From positions 682,001 to 746,000 of the forward strand of contig JAWMAR010000603.1 in NCBI GenBank assembly GCA_036785375.1: DNA of 64,000 bases. Reading direction: 5' to 3'. The notes beneath the pieces were generated by a model. It saw nothing but the letters and a program-made list of their open reading frames with translations. It was not told the DNA's origin and did no database searches. The translations under genes were made by a program, and so were the position numbers. Positions 11,302 through 24,791 of this stretch are shown here, piece by piece. This stretch comes from Leucoraja ocellata (taxonomy: Eukaryota). How positions within the stretch are numbered: position 1 is the first letter of the stretch; each line of letters opens with the position of its first letter.

Positions 11302-14035
11302 AGTTTTGCATGGTACATTGATTCTCTCACTGGACTTCATTCACAGATACACATACACCAAGCACACAAGTACTTGTACTGTTAAAGGCTTTGATATTCT
11401 TATCCTGTTCACATTACAATTCACATTCCTGTCTTTGAAAAATAAACAAATGGCATGTGAATAGAAAATACTAAAATCTGTAGAATTCTGTAATAAATTA
11501 AGCACCTTTGGATGGGTGCAGTCTTGGCAAGCTCTCGGCTTACCTACGTAAACTTTCAGTGAAAGTGGAATCATTACAAAAAAAGCATAATTATGTCATT
11601 GTGCAGCTGTGCAGAAAAAATGAATCGGTCATGCACAAGACGACATAATACTGCTGTTGCTGTAACCCAGTGCATATTATTAGTTTTTGCCATAGATATA
11701 GACCGTTTAGGATGGGTTACATGGTAAACCAAAGTGCAGTTCATCCTTTCCTTTCACTGTAGAAAATAGGATATATTGTGTTAAGTAATGCTTTATTTGT
11801 ATTGGCATGTATCTTTCATTGTTCAGCAGTTTATTCTGCTTCTGGCAGTAGATGTACAACGAAGGAACTGCAGGATGTGTAACAATGGATTGTTTTTGGT
11901 AAACTGCAGTACTTCATAGTGCCAAGCTAACTGAATATATGAGGAAGAATAAAGCAGCTTAAAATTATACTTAATATTTTTTATTACATATTTGGTAAAT
12001 AGCTTCAGATACGTACTTTGGTAGTGGTTGGCAGTGGCTTGCTTTGATGTACAGTTTCTGCAGAAAACAAATTCCTATTCAGAACTTTAGACTTGATTCT
12101 TTTAGGTGGCTAATTTTACTTTGTTATAAAGGTTGTTTTATTTTATGAATACCTGATTTGGAATAGCTGATATCCCTGAAGCTGATATTTGTTCATTTCT
12201 GTTAAGTGCATTTTGCTAAAGATTAGTTAAATACAATAAAAAATAGCATGCATCAAAAGTTGATAAATCTAATTTACTGATTTTAAAATAGGATAACTAC
12301 TTTTTAAATTGCTCTTCAAAATATTCTTAGTTCTTGGGGAAAAAAACTGAAAATATTCTTCGTCCGTTTGTCAATAAAAATAATTTTTACCATTTTAATA
12401 TTGGACAGCTTTTCTTAGACTCCAGATTCAAAACCACAAAACAATATATAAAACATAAAACTCAATTCCTTTTACATTGCATAATGTATTAAACAGTTGC
12501 ACTCTCCACTCTGTAAAATGAAAACATTTCTTATTTATGTTCTTTGATTAAATTGAAATCTCCCCTATCATTGCTTAATAACATATTACCAAACCTTCTA
12601 AAGTGACAATTTTTTCATAAAATTCCAGAACTCCCTTGATATTAATATTAATTTTTGATTGGTTTATAGCAAAAAAAACTAATATACTTTTGCATGACAT
12701 TTTCTGCAGGATTTCTTAACAAATACTTCCATATCATTTCCTATACCCACACTAATATCAATCCTCTTTCCTTGGATGTTCGGGTGGGCTTGTCCTTGAT
12801 TGCCATTAATGTGCTTCTGAAATTATATCTGAATATGTTCTTGCTCATGATATTAGTTGGTTGTGGCTTTTCCTTATCCTCCTCAAAATTCTCAATTGCT
12901 GGTGATTACTCTGGCGAGTTTAAATTTCAAGTGGCTTTGGAATTAGTCAGCTGTATCCTTTTAACTATCAATTAAAACTAATTACCAGGGGGAAAAAATT
13001 GAAAATTAATGACAGTGTTTTGACACCAATGGAATATGACAAACCCATATGGCCAGTTCTGTTGACTTCATAGAAGTATTATAAAAAAATCTGTTTAAAA
13101 ACGCTATCCTAATGCAAAATTAGATATCAGATATTGAAGGTGTAAAAACTCCTCTCTATAATGAAACGCATTTGTTTTTCAGACTGGTAAAACTAATTCA
13201 TTGCAAAAAGTCCCTTATAACTTGCTCCTTTGAAATATATTTTTAAAACTTTTGGTTGTAACAAGAGACTAGGCTGTGTTTTTATTCCATGTGAAGACAT
13301 CACATGAGATTTGTTTCATTGTAGTTGCCCACAGTCTTTATAGTTTAGCATGTGCAGTCTACTTTGTATGGGAAAGGAGAAATGCAGCTCCATCTAATAT
13401 AATTTCCTTTACAGTTAATTTATAGCAGGGTTGTAAATACTTTGTGTTTTTAAAAGGATTAATTTAGAAATTGTTAGTACTTTACTTTGTCTAATCACCA
13501 TATTTGTATGTTGGAGTTATGTTAATCTTTCATTGTCGTTATACCTCTAAATTGTATATTTTCTTGTTCCACTCCAGGAGACTCGCACTTCAGTTCATGA
13601 TTTGTTCATGGTATAAGATGCAACTGTAAACAAAGCAATGTGCAACTGAATAAATATTATAGATGCCCATGCTTGTGCATCTTGGCAAATGGACAGATGC
13701 CAGATCTTAGGCTAATTTACATTATTGGACTAGACTCAGTTGTCAAGAATTTGGTCCTCTGAAAATAATAACATTGGTAGCACACAGGGCAAAGGCTTTT
13801 CCTTTCAGTGTGACTATATTTAACACTGGTTAACTTGGATGAGGAAATATGTTTCCATTGCTACCGTTGCTACTTTTAGTTCTGGAATTCAATTGATTCC
13901 AATTCAGAGTTAAATTACTGTACACAGGGAGGGGTGAAAATAATGGTTTGTATACTTTTCTTCTTGTAGAAGTTAAATGTAACTTTAATGCCAGTGCCTG
14001 CAAGCTCAAATAAAGACAATGCATCTCATGACTTG
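11302..14035 (+). other. ZNF280D: ZNF280D 3' UTR with several polyadenylation signals
   Basis: Repeat-poor AT-rich stretch after the stop codon. AATAAA at 11441, 13649 and 14009; the last is followed by a GT/T-rich element (cttgtacttctgtttccgcttgtctgtgt). Confidence 0.55.
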
Positions 14036-14662
14036 TACTTCTGTTTCCGCTTGTCTGTGTAATCTTATATCTTTCTATGGTTTCCTCTGCTGTTGGGTCC
14101 TGTCATCCTCCCGAGCTTCCCTTAATAACCATGTTTCACGTGACAACCTGAAATTTGGTAAGATATTTTATGGTGGGGTACATTTCAACTAAGTCTAATT
14201 CTGCCCAGCAGGAGATAGCAGGTGCTCGTTCTCCTCTTAACTCATTCTTCCTTCGTTTCCCACAGGCCAGAAGTATCAAAGCAAATGTTAGCACAAATCA
14301 AATGGGAAGAGTGAATCGTGATCATGTAGTAAACGACTGGCTAAATAGTACCTATACTCTGTGTCGGTTCCCAATTTATTGTGGCTATGGATTTCTGCAT
14401 TCCTGAAGTTTCCGTGTACACCTTTAGGATCGTGTCCATGCCCACCACTAATTACCCATCAATACCAATCCCAATTACCAGCACTTGATCCAATGCTACA
14501 ATGCTTTGGAAACTCATGTGCTCATTCAGCAGTTCTCAAATGGTGTGATGCTTCCACACTCTCAGGCTGTGCCTTCCAGATTGCAACCATTTGTTGAGTG
14601 AAAAACATCTTACCCAGGTTTAAAGCTATTGTGCACCATTAATCAATTGTTCTCCAGTCTTA

Positions 14663-14857
14663 AGGGCCTGTCCCACTTGGCCGTCATTTGCACATAATTT
14701 ATGCGACACGACGCACAAGTCGTGACACGCACGTGATGCGCGCATGGTGTGTGATGACATAGGCAGTGACGGGCGGCGGCGCAGGATTTTGTGATGTACA
14801 AAATCTTTGCGTGTCATCTGCGTGACGCGCAAATGACGGCCAAGTGGGACAGGCCCT
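14663..14857. mobile_element. PIF/Harbinger-type MITE (family A)
   Basis: Terminal inverted repeats AGGGCCTGTCCCACTTGGCCGTCATTTG; TTA target-site duplication at 14660-14662 and 14858-14860; CpG-rich interior. Confidence 0.85.
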
Positions 14858-15375
14858 TTAGATATATCAGCCATGGAGAAATGTTTCTTAGTACCTATCT
14901 TCTCTTGGCTTTAAATACCTCAAGTTTCCTCAGCTCCAAGGAGAATAAGCCCAGTCTATTCGGTCACATAACCGATATATTCCATTCTAGGCACGAACCT
15001 TGTGGAAAAAATGGCCAGGAAAAGTGCTGGAGTAACACAGTGGGTCAGGCAGCATCTTTGGTGAACATGGATAGGTCATTCAACATCCTCCATATGAATC
15101 TCCTACCTACTGCCTGTAGTTCAATCACATTATTTATAGTTGGCATCCAGAACTGAGCACAATTTTTTGGATGGGGTCTAACCATCCCTGATCAATCCTG
15201 GCCTTTCCAAATGGAGACCAATTCCATCCCTCTGAATGGGTGTCAGATGTTGATTTACCTGCTAAACTAGTGTTTGTGGCAATGTTGCTAAATCGGGGAT
15301 GTATTACTTTACCATGGAACAGACCATTATAGTCCATATCTATAATTATGATGAAAACCACAGAGAAGAGGTATA

Positions 15376-16684
15376 CAGTGCCGTCCATAATGTTTGGGAC
15401 AAAGACCCAGCATTTATTTATTTGTCTCTACTCCACAATTTGAGATTTGTAATAGAAAAAAATCACGTGGTTAAAGTGCACGTTGTCAGATTTTAATAAA
15501 GGCCATTGTTATACATTTTGGTTTCACCATGTAGAAATCCCTTTGTATGTAATGTCTGCTTGAAGTCTGCGATTCATGGACATCACCAGTTGCTGGGTGT
15601 CTTCTCTGGTGATGCTCTGCCAGGCCTGTATTGCAGCCAACTTTAGCTTATGCTTGTTTTGGGGCTAGTCCCCTTTAATTTTCTCTTCAGCATATAAACG
15701 GCATGCTCAATTGGGTTCAAATCGGGTGATTGACTTGGCCACTTAAGAATTTACCATTTTTTAGCTTTGAAAAACTCTGTTGCTTTAACAGTATGTTTGG
15801 GATCATTGTCTTGCTGTAGAATGAACTGTCGGCCAATGAGTTTTGAGGCATTTGTTTGAACTTGAGCAGATAGGATGTGTCTATACACTTCAGAATTCAT
15901 TATGCTACCACCATCAGTAGTTGTATCATCAATGAAGATAAGTGAGCCAGTACCAGCTAACCAGTGGTTTGCATCTTGCAGTGTAGCCTCTGTATTTCTG
16001 TTCATGAAATCTTCTGCGGACAGTGATCATTGACAAATCCACACCTGACTCCGGAAGAGTGTTTCTGATCTGTCGGACGTGTTTGGGGATTTTTCTGTAT
16101 TATAGAGAGAATTCTTCTGTCATCAGCTGTGGAGGTCTTCCTTGGCCTGCCAGTCCCTTTGTGTCTAGTAAGCTCACCAGTCATCTCTTCTTAATGATGT
16201 TCCTAACAGTTGATTTTGTTAAGCCTAAGGTTTGGCTGATGTCTCCAACTGTTTATTTCTTGTTTCTCAGTCTCGTAATGGCTTCTTTGTCTTTCATTGG
16301 CACAACTTTGGTCGTCATGTTGATAAACAGCAATAAAAGTTTCCAAAGGTGATGGAAAGACTGGGGGAAAGACTAGGTGCTGAGAGCTCTCTTATACCTG
16401 CATTAAGGAGGCAATTAAACATACCTGAGCAATTACAAATGCCTGTGAAGCCATGTGTCCCAAACATTATATTTATGGTGCCCTGAATTGGGGGGGGATT
16501 ATGTATAAACACAGCTGTAATTTCTACATGATGAAACCAAAATGTGTAAAAATGGCCTTTAATAAAATCTGACAATGTGCACTTTAACCACATGTGATTT
16601 TTCTATTACAAATCTCAAATTGTGGAGTACAGAGGAAAATAAATAAATGACGGGTCTTTGTCCCAAACATTATGGAGGGCACTG
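15376..16684 (-). mobile_element. Tc1-family DNA transposon (IR/DR type), internally deleted and inactive
   Basis: TA flanks at 15374-75 and 16685-86. Long TIRs begin CAGTGCC(G/C)TCCATAATGTTTGGGACAAAGACC, with about 160 bp matched. An inner direct repeat (GTCCCAAACATTAT) lies near 16456. Confidence 0.93.
15545..16320 (-). pseudogene. Tc1 transposase pseudogene
   Basis: Fragments KGTGRPRKTS (AT-hook), MNSEVYRHIL...FILQQDNDPKHT and W*ILKWPSQSPDLNPIEH; contains frameshifts, an in-frame stop and deletions. Confidence 0.92.
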
Positions 16685-19600
16685 TACATATAATCTTTAT
16701 ATGTGTTATGCATATGTTGTTTTTTATTTTTTACAGTCGTACTTTACTATTTAATAGGAATTCCATGGCAGAAAGTCCCAATATTTTATCCCTAGAAGTG
16801 CACTGTGAAAGGATGCAATTGGGGAGTATCACCTTTTAATGCAAATATTTTGTTTACTGGTTATAATCAGGCAGACAGAACATCTGTAAAGGGAAGTCCA
16901 GTGCTTCAAATTAAATTGCACCCCACAAGGTAATATTTTGCAGTAAATTGCTACAGCTGAATTACACAATCATATATTTTAGCCAACAGAGTAGGGAGAG
17001 TTACCATCAGTGACTGCAATATTTGACTGCATAACTCCCAAGAAAGCACAAAGCATATATGTCAGCACATAATATTAGATAATGTAGGTGTCCTTTGGAA
17101 CATAATTGCTTCCAGTCAAATGTTACCTGTTGTGCTCAGTGATTTGACACATGGATGCAGATTTATATGTGGAGGAATCTGTCTAGGGACACATTTATCA
17201 GCACCAGGCATTCATGCAACCTGCAGCTTAGAGAAACTCATTAAGTGACTGAAGCTGTAAGTCTGCTGTTCAAAACAACCAAAGTCACAAAGGGAATACT
17301 GAAAATAGCTGACATAAGATGGGCTAAACATATTTTTAAGGGTAATGCATTCTGCTGCTCTGTAATCAGAGATTTGGGGTTTCAAACATGATGCTCGAGT
17401 ATGTGGCATATTAAGAACCAGTAAATGTGATTTATGATTATAATAAACCTCTTGATAATTCTGCTTCAGAGAGACCATTATGTGTTTGCAGTTGCAGGTA
17501 ACTTAAGACAAAATGCAAAATGAAGATATTACTTGCTGATAATGCCACCAACCCCTGCAGTCTTTGCTACATATACAATCTCTTCATTCCTAGGGATGCT
17601 GGAATTTACTTTAGGTGAATAAATGGTAGTTAGTTTAATTGCTCCTTGATAAGATGTTTTCCGTGCTATTGGTGATGATCTACAGTGCCCTCCAAGTGGT
17701 AGTATTTCATTGAAATAATATGTGAAATACCATCAAAGAGACAAGACACTGGATTAAACTGCTAATATCATTTCACATTTTACGATCAGATGCCCTTGGA
17801 GTGCCAACTGTCACTTGTTTTATATGGTCTGGATGCTTTAATGATTTGTTAATAACTACATTGTGTATATGACTTTTAATTTCTTATTCTGCTTCAGGTT
17901 ATATTACATTTATTGCATATTGCATTAAAATGTATAATACTTTGGCCAATTTATACAGATGCCTCTGAATGTCTATTTTTTCACATGGAGGTACTCAAAA
18001 GGCCAGGATTCTTATTACTGCTATGTGTCAGTTAAAATAGATTGGTGCGTTTAGAATACAGAGAAAAGGACCCTTGCCTAAAATAAGCCGATAAATTACA
18101 CGCTAGTCATTGTAACTTGTTTCACATTTTTCTCCCTCAAATAGTACTGTGGACATTCGATGTAAGTCTCAATCAACAGAACACTTGAGGTTGTGAGATA
18201 ATCTTATCAACAGCAATGCACAGAACCAATCTTAGGCACACAGGAGCAGTTAGAAGTAAAAGCTCTAATTGTGTCCAAATGTTATTTGACAGCTCCCATT
18301 GTTGACAGAATCAATAGATTCTACTATGAAAAATCACACACATTTCTCTCATCACTAATTGCTGGCACGTGATTGGAGTATACAAATAGATTTATGTGGA
18401 AAATGCTACATACATTTAATAAGAGATATTTCTGATGTGAAATTATGGATCCTCCCATAGAGTATATTTACCTTAATCAGATAATGTTAAGAAAGAAAAG
18501 TCACATTTGCACAAGTATCCACCTTAAGCTAAAATTAGTGATTGGATCAACATAGGCTTTTGTTTCCCCAACAATAGCACAAATATCAACCCTCAACATC
18601 TGCAACAGTTAACATTTATGTGTTTTTTCAGATTCAAATAATAATCAGATTGCACATATCTGTAGCTCCACCTCTGTTCATGACGCAGTTATAAATTCAA
18701 ACCTGTCCAAGATAGAGAGGTTCATTCCCAATTCTGTCACACAGTCACGTGCACACACTACATTTTATCATCAGTTTTTTTTCTTCATTGAACCTGGTTA
18801 CTATGCAAAGGAACAGGCAGGATGAGAAAACAAACTACCATGTTTGCAAGATATAAGAAATACTCGAGTAAGAAACGTATAGAATTAGCAGCCATTTTGA
18901 CAAACGTGACAGATTTTGATGCTTTATATTATTTTGCAATTCATTCAAGAGGCAGGGATTTGCCGTGCACACGACTAGCTGAGATTTTGGCAGTTTCTAT
19001 GCACAACAGATGTTAATTGGTGAGAATTCACATAAATCTGAACTTGTTTTGCATAATAAATAAAGCTATAGACCAAACTGTACACCTCGGGTCTCAATAA
19101 TAATACATTGTCTAACTGCACTTTAAGCAATGTCTCAATATTAATCTGCAGGTCACCCTCTGAGTTTGCAGCTTTTGGACTAGTTTTGAGCACTCTCTCT
19201 TTCTCGAGTGTTGGCACTGTTAACCCTTTCACTAAACTAGGTCTCCTGCTTTAGAGCAACACTTGCATCTCTTGTATTTGGAAGGCAATAATCCACTGAA
19301 GATATCCCCAAATCAAAGTAGCTAAAGTTGGTTTTTCTCAATTCATAATTGAATTAGATCGATCCCAGATCTGAAAAACCATCCCAGTTAAAAAATGTCA
19401 TAAATATGTGGTGACATGCCATTTTAAAATTACTGTGTAATTATGTCGGTGATAATACATTTATCAGATTAATTAAAACAACCTTAAGGACAAGATTGAA
19501 AACTGTCATTAGGTTCCAGTTCAAGTGTCAGAGTTGGTATCTATCCTGGGATGTGGAAACGAGGAACTGCAGATGCTGGTTTACCAAAAAAGTGGTGAAG

Positions 19601-20219
19601 AAATTGAGCGGGTCAGGCAACATCCCTGGATCTCCAGAGATGCGGCCTGACCCACTGAGTTACTCTAACACTTATCCAGGGATCTAGGACAGGGAATTGA
19701 TCATTTAGTGACAATCAGTTGTGCACTTCTTTAAAATGTATATTTAATTTGTTCCATATGGTTGCAGAGAGAAAATATGTTCAGACACCATTTCTTGTTC
19801 CAAGCTGCTTTTCCAGTATCTATGGATACAAATGATAGCAAATATATTTGGTCCTGAAGTAAATTATAGGCATTTGCTTTCCAAGAGATTTCATTACAGC
19901 CCAGTGGCATTCCTCATTTCCTTGTGCAAATGAGAGCCTGTTCATAGCTAAATGATTCCAGAAGAAAAAGTGCAACCTGTTTGGCAGCTACCTTTGATCT
20001 TGTTTATTAATATATTGTTTTGCCAGCTCTCTGCCATATTTGCTGATGGCTGACAATGGGGTTCAGATATCTCCATTCAGGGATTTGTTTTTGAATCATA
20101 CAATGGTAATATGTGGAGGACATTCAACACCTGGCGTCCTGTTCCTGCACCCCACAATCTATTTTTTCTTTCAAGCATTTTTAAATTCCTGGTGGCTGTA
20201 GAGGTTTGTTTTTCAGATT

Positions 20220-20600
20220 ATAGGTTTGTTTTTCAGATTATAGCTCTGTGCCCATTGGAGTGCAGCAAGAACTGATGCTAGGTCCCCGGTTGTTACAGCT
20301 GCATAGGACATCGGTGAGACCACAGCTGGTATATTGTGTGAAGTCCTGGTTGCCACACTATAGGAAGGGTGTGATTAAGCTGGAGATGGAGTAGAAAAGA
20401 TTCACAAGGATGTTGCCAAGACTGGAGGGCTTGAGTTACAAAGAAAGACTGGATAAACTGGGATTGTTTTCCTTGGAGCGACAGAGGCTGAGGGGTGACC
20501 TTATAGAGGTTTATAAAATTATGAAGGGCAGAGACAAGGTGATGGTCACTGTCCACCATCTCAGGACGGTGTATAAAATTAACATAGGTTTAAGATGAGA
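20220..20600 (+). mobile_element. CR1-type LINE fragment
   Basis: MLPRLEGLSYKERLDKLGLFSLERQRLRGDLIEVYKIMKG. Confidence 0.85.
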
Positions 20601-20789
20601 AACTTGTTTACCATATCTGCAGCAAGCTCTCCAACCTGGATTTGATGAGCTGGGAAGCCTGTGTTATGGGCAGAGGCAAACCTTGGGACAGGTTTGAAGC
20701 TTTCAATTCCATCAAATTATAAGATGATCTTAATTTGATGTAATATTTCCAGAGATGTGCACAATATTCCGATAACCCCACAGCCTTAG

Positions 20790-21720
20790 AGCTGTACAGC
20801 ACAGAAACAGGCACTTCAGTCCAATTTGTCCATGCCCTCCAAATTTCCTAACCAAGCTATTCCTATTTACATGTGCCTGACTTATACCCCTCCAAATCTT
20901 TCCCAGTCTTCCTTCAAGCCAATTTTGTATCCAATTAGCTAGATTGCCCTGGATCCCATGATCTAATCTTCTAAATCAGCTTATCATGCAGTGCCTTGTC
21001 AAAGGCCTTGCTAAATTCCATGTAAACAATGTCTAATGCACTCATCAATCTTCTTGGTTGCCTCTTCAAAATAATTCCACACAGAAAGCCATGTTGACTA
21101 TCCCTACTCGGTACTTGCTTTTCCTCTCAGCAGATCAACAATAACTTACCAGCACTGCTGTTAGACTCGCCAGTCTTTAGTTCCTAGGCTTTTTCCTTGC
21201 AATCTTTCTTAAATGGAGGCACAGCTTAAGCCACCATCTGGTTTTCTTATCTGCAGTTGTCACTGATACAAATATCTCTGCTGGGGCTCCCGCAATTTCT
21301 TCTCTAACTTCCTACAATGTCTGAGGATACAATTGATCAGGTCCTGGGGATTTATCTATTTTTATGCAATTTAACTCCTAGCACCTCTGCCTATAATCTG
21401 GCACCCTTCAAGGCATTCACTATTTAAATTATTTTATATCATAACTTCCCCAAGTTCCCTCGCTGTCTTTCTCCACAGTAAGCTATCCATTTAACACCTC
21501 ACCCATCTCTTGTGCTTCCATATGTACTGTAATGACTTTTAAGGAGATGTTTTCTCTCCCTAGTTACTCTATTGCCCTTAATAGTAGAATTCCTTTGTAT
21601 TCTCCTTTGTCCTATCTGACAAACCTATCTCATGCCCCCTTTTGCCCTCCTGATTTCCCTGAGATTCACTTGGTATCAGCTGCCTATACCTGACATATGC
21701 CTTCTTTTTCAGTTGCACTG
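20790..21720 (-). mobile_element. CR1-type LINE fragments
   Basis: aaggcctttgacaaggc on - (KAFDKV RT motif) and GHEIGLSDRTKENTKEFY-like ORF2 remnant. Confidence 0.7.
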
Positions 21721-23552
21721 TAGATACCTCAGGAGTTCTGCCAGTGTGGCATGTGTGTGCACTGATGTCAGGCATGTTGTGGCTGTGAAATTTGCAGTGT
21801 TTCTCACTGCATCAATTCTTTTCATCGCTACTTTTCATTATAATTCCTTTTATCTTTCCATTGATGTTTCTCGCACCTTTAATGTTACTTGAGTTTTGAA
21901 AATCCTTCTTGCTCCATATTTTTCAGGCTTTGAAGCAAAAATTATAATATTTCTTATTTCAATATTTCAGAAATATATTTGTTCTTGTTTATTTCTTTGT
22001 GTGCACTACATTTGAAATGTAGTTTTACAAAGACAAACTCAATGAGCGTAGTCGGGGATATTTTGAGTCATTCTAAAAATGTGTTTGCTTTTGCAGTTTA
22101 TATCCAAAGCAAACTCATAACAGAAACATTCCCATTCCTCAGTATTAATCCTACATAAACAGTTAAAATCACAGCTGCTTTAGGACCCAGTGTGAATTTG
22201 CTCTCATCACAGTTCAACATCACAGGGAGACTCGAGGATAAGTCAACATTCTTGGTTGAAACCAGTGGCCCTGTTTACAGGGACTGTGAAGGTAAGTCAC
22301 TCCTGCCTCCAAAACATGTTGTCAGATTAATACACTTTCTCTTTTTCAAACAGGAAGACCAGTGTCCCCTCTCTTGGCCACTGCAACTCTGGTATTAATC
22401 ATATGACATAGTGCTCTAATCCCTGCATCTTTTTTCCCTGCCAGTATTTGGAAAATTAGAGCAGAGCTATTCACTTCTATTCATGTATTAAACCCTACTG
22501 AATGATTACTTCCTTCTCTTCTGTTTCTTCTATCTTTCACGTGTTATAAAGAATGCTATTTTTCGGCAGTTTAGTATCTCTAGGAATGCTACAGCATTCA
22601 GCAATTTTAACGAAGTCTATGATTTGCCTGTTGAAACTCCAATATAATTGCTCCAAATTTTCAGGTGCTGCAAGCAGCTGCTGAGGTCAACTCTTAAGTC
22701 CTTGTTGCAGCTGCTTCCAGCTGCATTTATTGTGCCACCAAATTGATTTTAAAACAAACCTATTCCTCAGCAAGTGGCCCAGAGCTTCTTGACACCTGAA
22801 ATCATAGACCCCTCCTCTATATTTTCCATAGGTTTGAGCCATACAAAACAGAAACACAGGAACATGTGCAGATGATACAAGCAGTGATCAGTTTTGAATT
22901 TACAATCTGCAGCAGTGCAAGCAAAGATCATTCTCTGCTAACACAGACCACTTGCAAGCTTAGTAAACTTATAGCGGCCTCGGTTGAAGAAAAACCTCAC
23001 AGCTAGACGTACACCTGTGTCAATTGAGCTGTAGTGAGCAGCAACATCAGTGAACCACTTCTGATGGTACCCAAGATTTTTGTTGTATGTGGGAAGTCCA
23101 TACCCCAATTCTTCATGAATAATAACAACTTGGTATCCTTATTTGGTATTCCTGAAGGCATTTGACAAAGTGCTGCATTGAAAATTATTGCACAAAATAA
23201 TATCTCACGACTTAGGAGAGTAACGGGAACAGAGAATTAGCATAAACTTTTTGTTTTGAGTATATAAATGACTTGAATGAAAGTACTAAAGCTGTGGGTG
23301 CTACATTTGCTGAAGACAGAAAGAGAGCTAGTGAAATGCAAATAAGGTGGCAACAAGATCAATTGATGAAAGATTACAAAGCTCTGAAGTGAGCTCTATG
23401 CATCCCAGTGCATGATTCACAAAAGGCTAGCATGTAGTTGTAGCAAGCAATTAGGAAATGTATATCATGTTACCATTTATTATGACAGAATGAATGCAAA
23501 AATAGGCTTTGTTTTAAAAAGACACAAAATGCTGGAGTAATTCAGCGAGTTA

Positions 23553-23765
23553 TGCCCCTGTCCCACTTAGGAAACCTGAACAGAAACCTCTGGAGACTTT
23601 GAGCCCCACCCAAGGTTTCCGTGTGGTTCCCGGAGGTTGCAGGTGGTTGCCGGAGGTTGCAGGTAGGGAGACTGACAAAAACCTCCGGGAACCTCACAGA
23701 AACCTTGGGTGGGGCGCAAAGTCTCGATAGGTTTCCGTTCAGGTTTCCTAAGTGGAACAGGAGCA
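23553..23765. mobile_element. PIF/Harbinger-type palindromic MITE (family B) nested in a Penelope-end mini-element
   Basis: Long imperfect TIR TGCCCCTGTCCCACTTAGGAAACCTGAAC...; TTA TSD at 23550-52 and 23766-68. The flanks rejoin as gctggagtaattcagcgag-TTA-ggcagcatctctggag. Confidence 0.87.
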
Positions 23766-24778
23766 TTAGGCAGCATCTCTGGAGAACATGAATATCCAAC
23801 ATTTTGGGCTGAGATGTTTTAGTATTGCAAGGCACTCGTAAAACCATGTCTGGAGCACTGTACATATAACTGACCTCCTAGTTAAAGGAAAGGTGGAAAT
23901 CCACTGGAAGTATTTCAGGTAAGGTTTAGTACCTGCCTTGTGAGGAAGGTTGGATAGCCTAGCCTTGTACTGGGGGCAAGGAGGAACTGAGAGAAGGAAA
24001 GGGTTTTTTCTGAGATAAGGATAGGCTCAGAAATAAAATAACTTTGTAATATTTATATGAAGAGTTTTATATGAATTAGATAATCACACCCATTGGTCCC
24101 CAATAGTAAACAGAATGCAAACCTAATGATGGAAATGAGAAGCTGTGGGTTCCTGGAAACATCAAAAAGAGACCACAGGAGGCAATGGTATAGGATAAAG
24201 TCTAAAGTGAACAAAGAACATTTCCAGCTTGATCTACAAGAGGCTGTGAACCAACCCTTGAATTTATGAACCCACAACATTGGGACAATCCAAAACTGTT
24301 TTTGTGGCCAATAAAGTGTTTCAGAGAGTAGATCTCATAAACAGAATTGTGGTACTGGGTGGGAGATAACATTATTTTTCAATACTCAGGGGGTACCTGA
24401 GCTGGTACAGCCATGTTGGGGGAGAATGGTACAGATATACAAGCGGCCGCTCTGATTTAAATAGAACAACATTAAGCTCTAGATCGTGATCAGGGCCTGC
24501 ATGACAAAAATGCACCCGGCTCATGGTTTATCCCAACATACTGTCTATCTCCGGGATCTATTGATTTCCCATAATTTGTGTGTAAGTGATTGGATTAGGA
24601 TAAACCTTTAATTATCTAATAATAAAGGAAGCACTTTTTAAAAAAATGGTACTCTTAGTTGTTGACAACGGTTTCCATCTCCAATGTGACATAGATCCCA
24701 AAGTCCTAAAAATAACTTAATTAAAATGGAACCAGCTTGTTCTCCAAATATTCATGGTTGTAACGCTGAAGGTTCTTC

Positions 24779-24791
24779 CGCCATCTTGTGG
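24779..24791 (-). promoter_or_regulatory. CTCF/YY1-like motif
   Basis: CCACAAGATGGCG(G) on the - strand matches the CTCF core and YY1 AAGATGGCGG. Confidence 0.45.

Noticed and set aside
10863-11330. Antisense ORFs over ZNF280D (similarly 59569-59826 and 60451-60678 over MNS1)
   Set aside because: Shadow ORFs of purine-rich coding exons.
17686-17699. CTCF-like TGCCCTCCAAGTGG
   Set aside because: One extra base in the core spacing; weak match.
20202-20243. Short tandem duplications (also near 25190-25232, 32847-32893 and 58029-58071)
   Set aside because: Two-copy slippage duplications with no array or spacer structure; not CRISPR-like.
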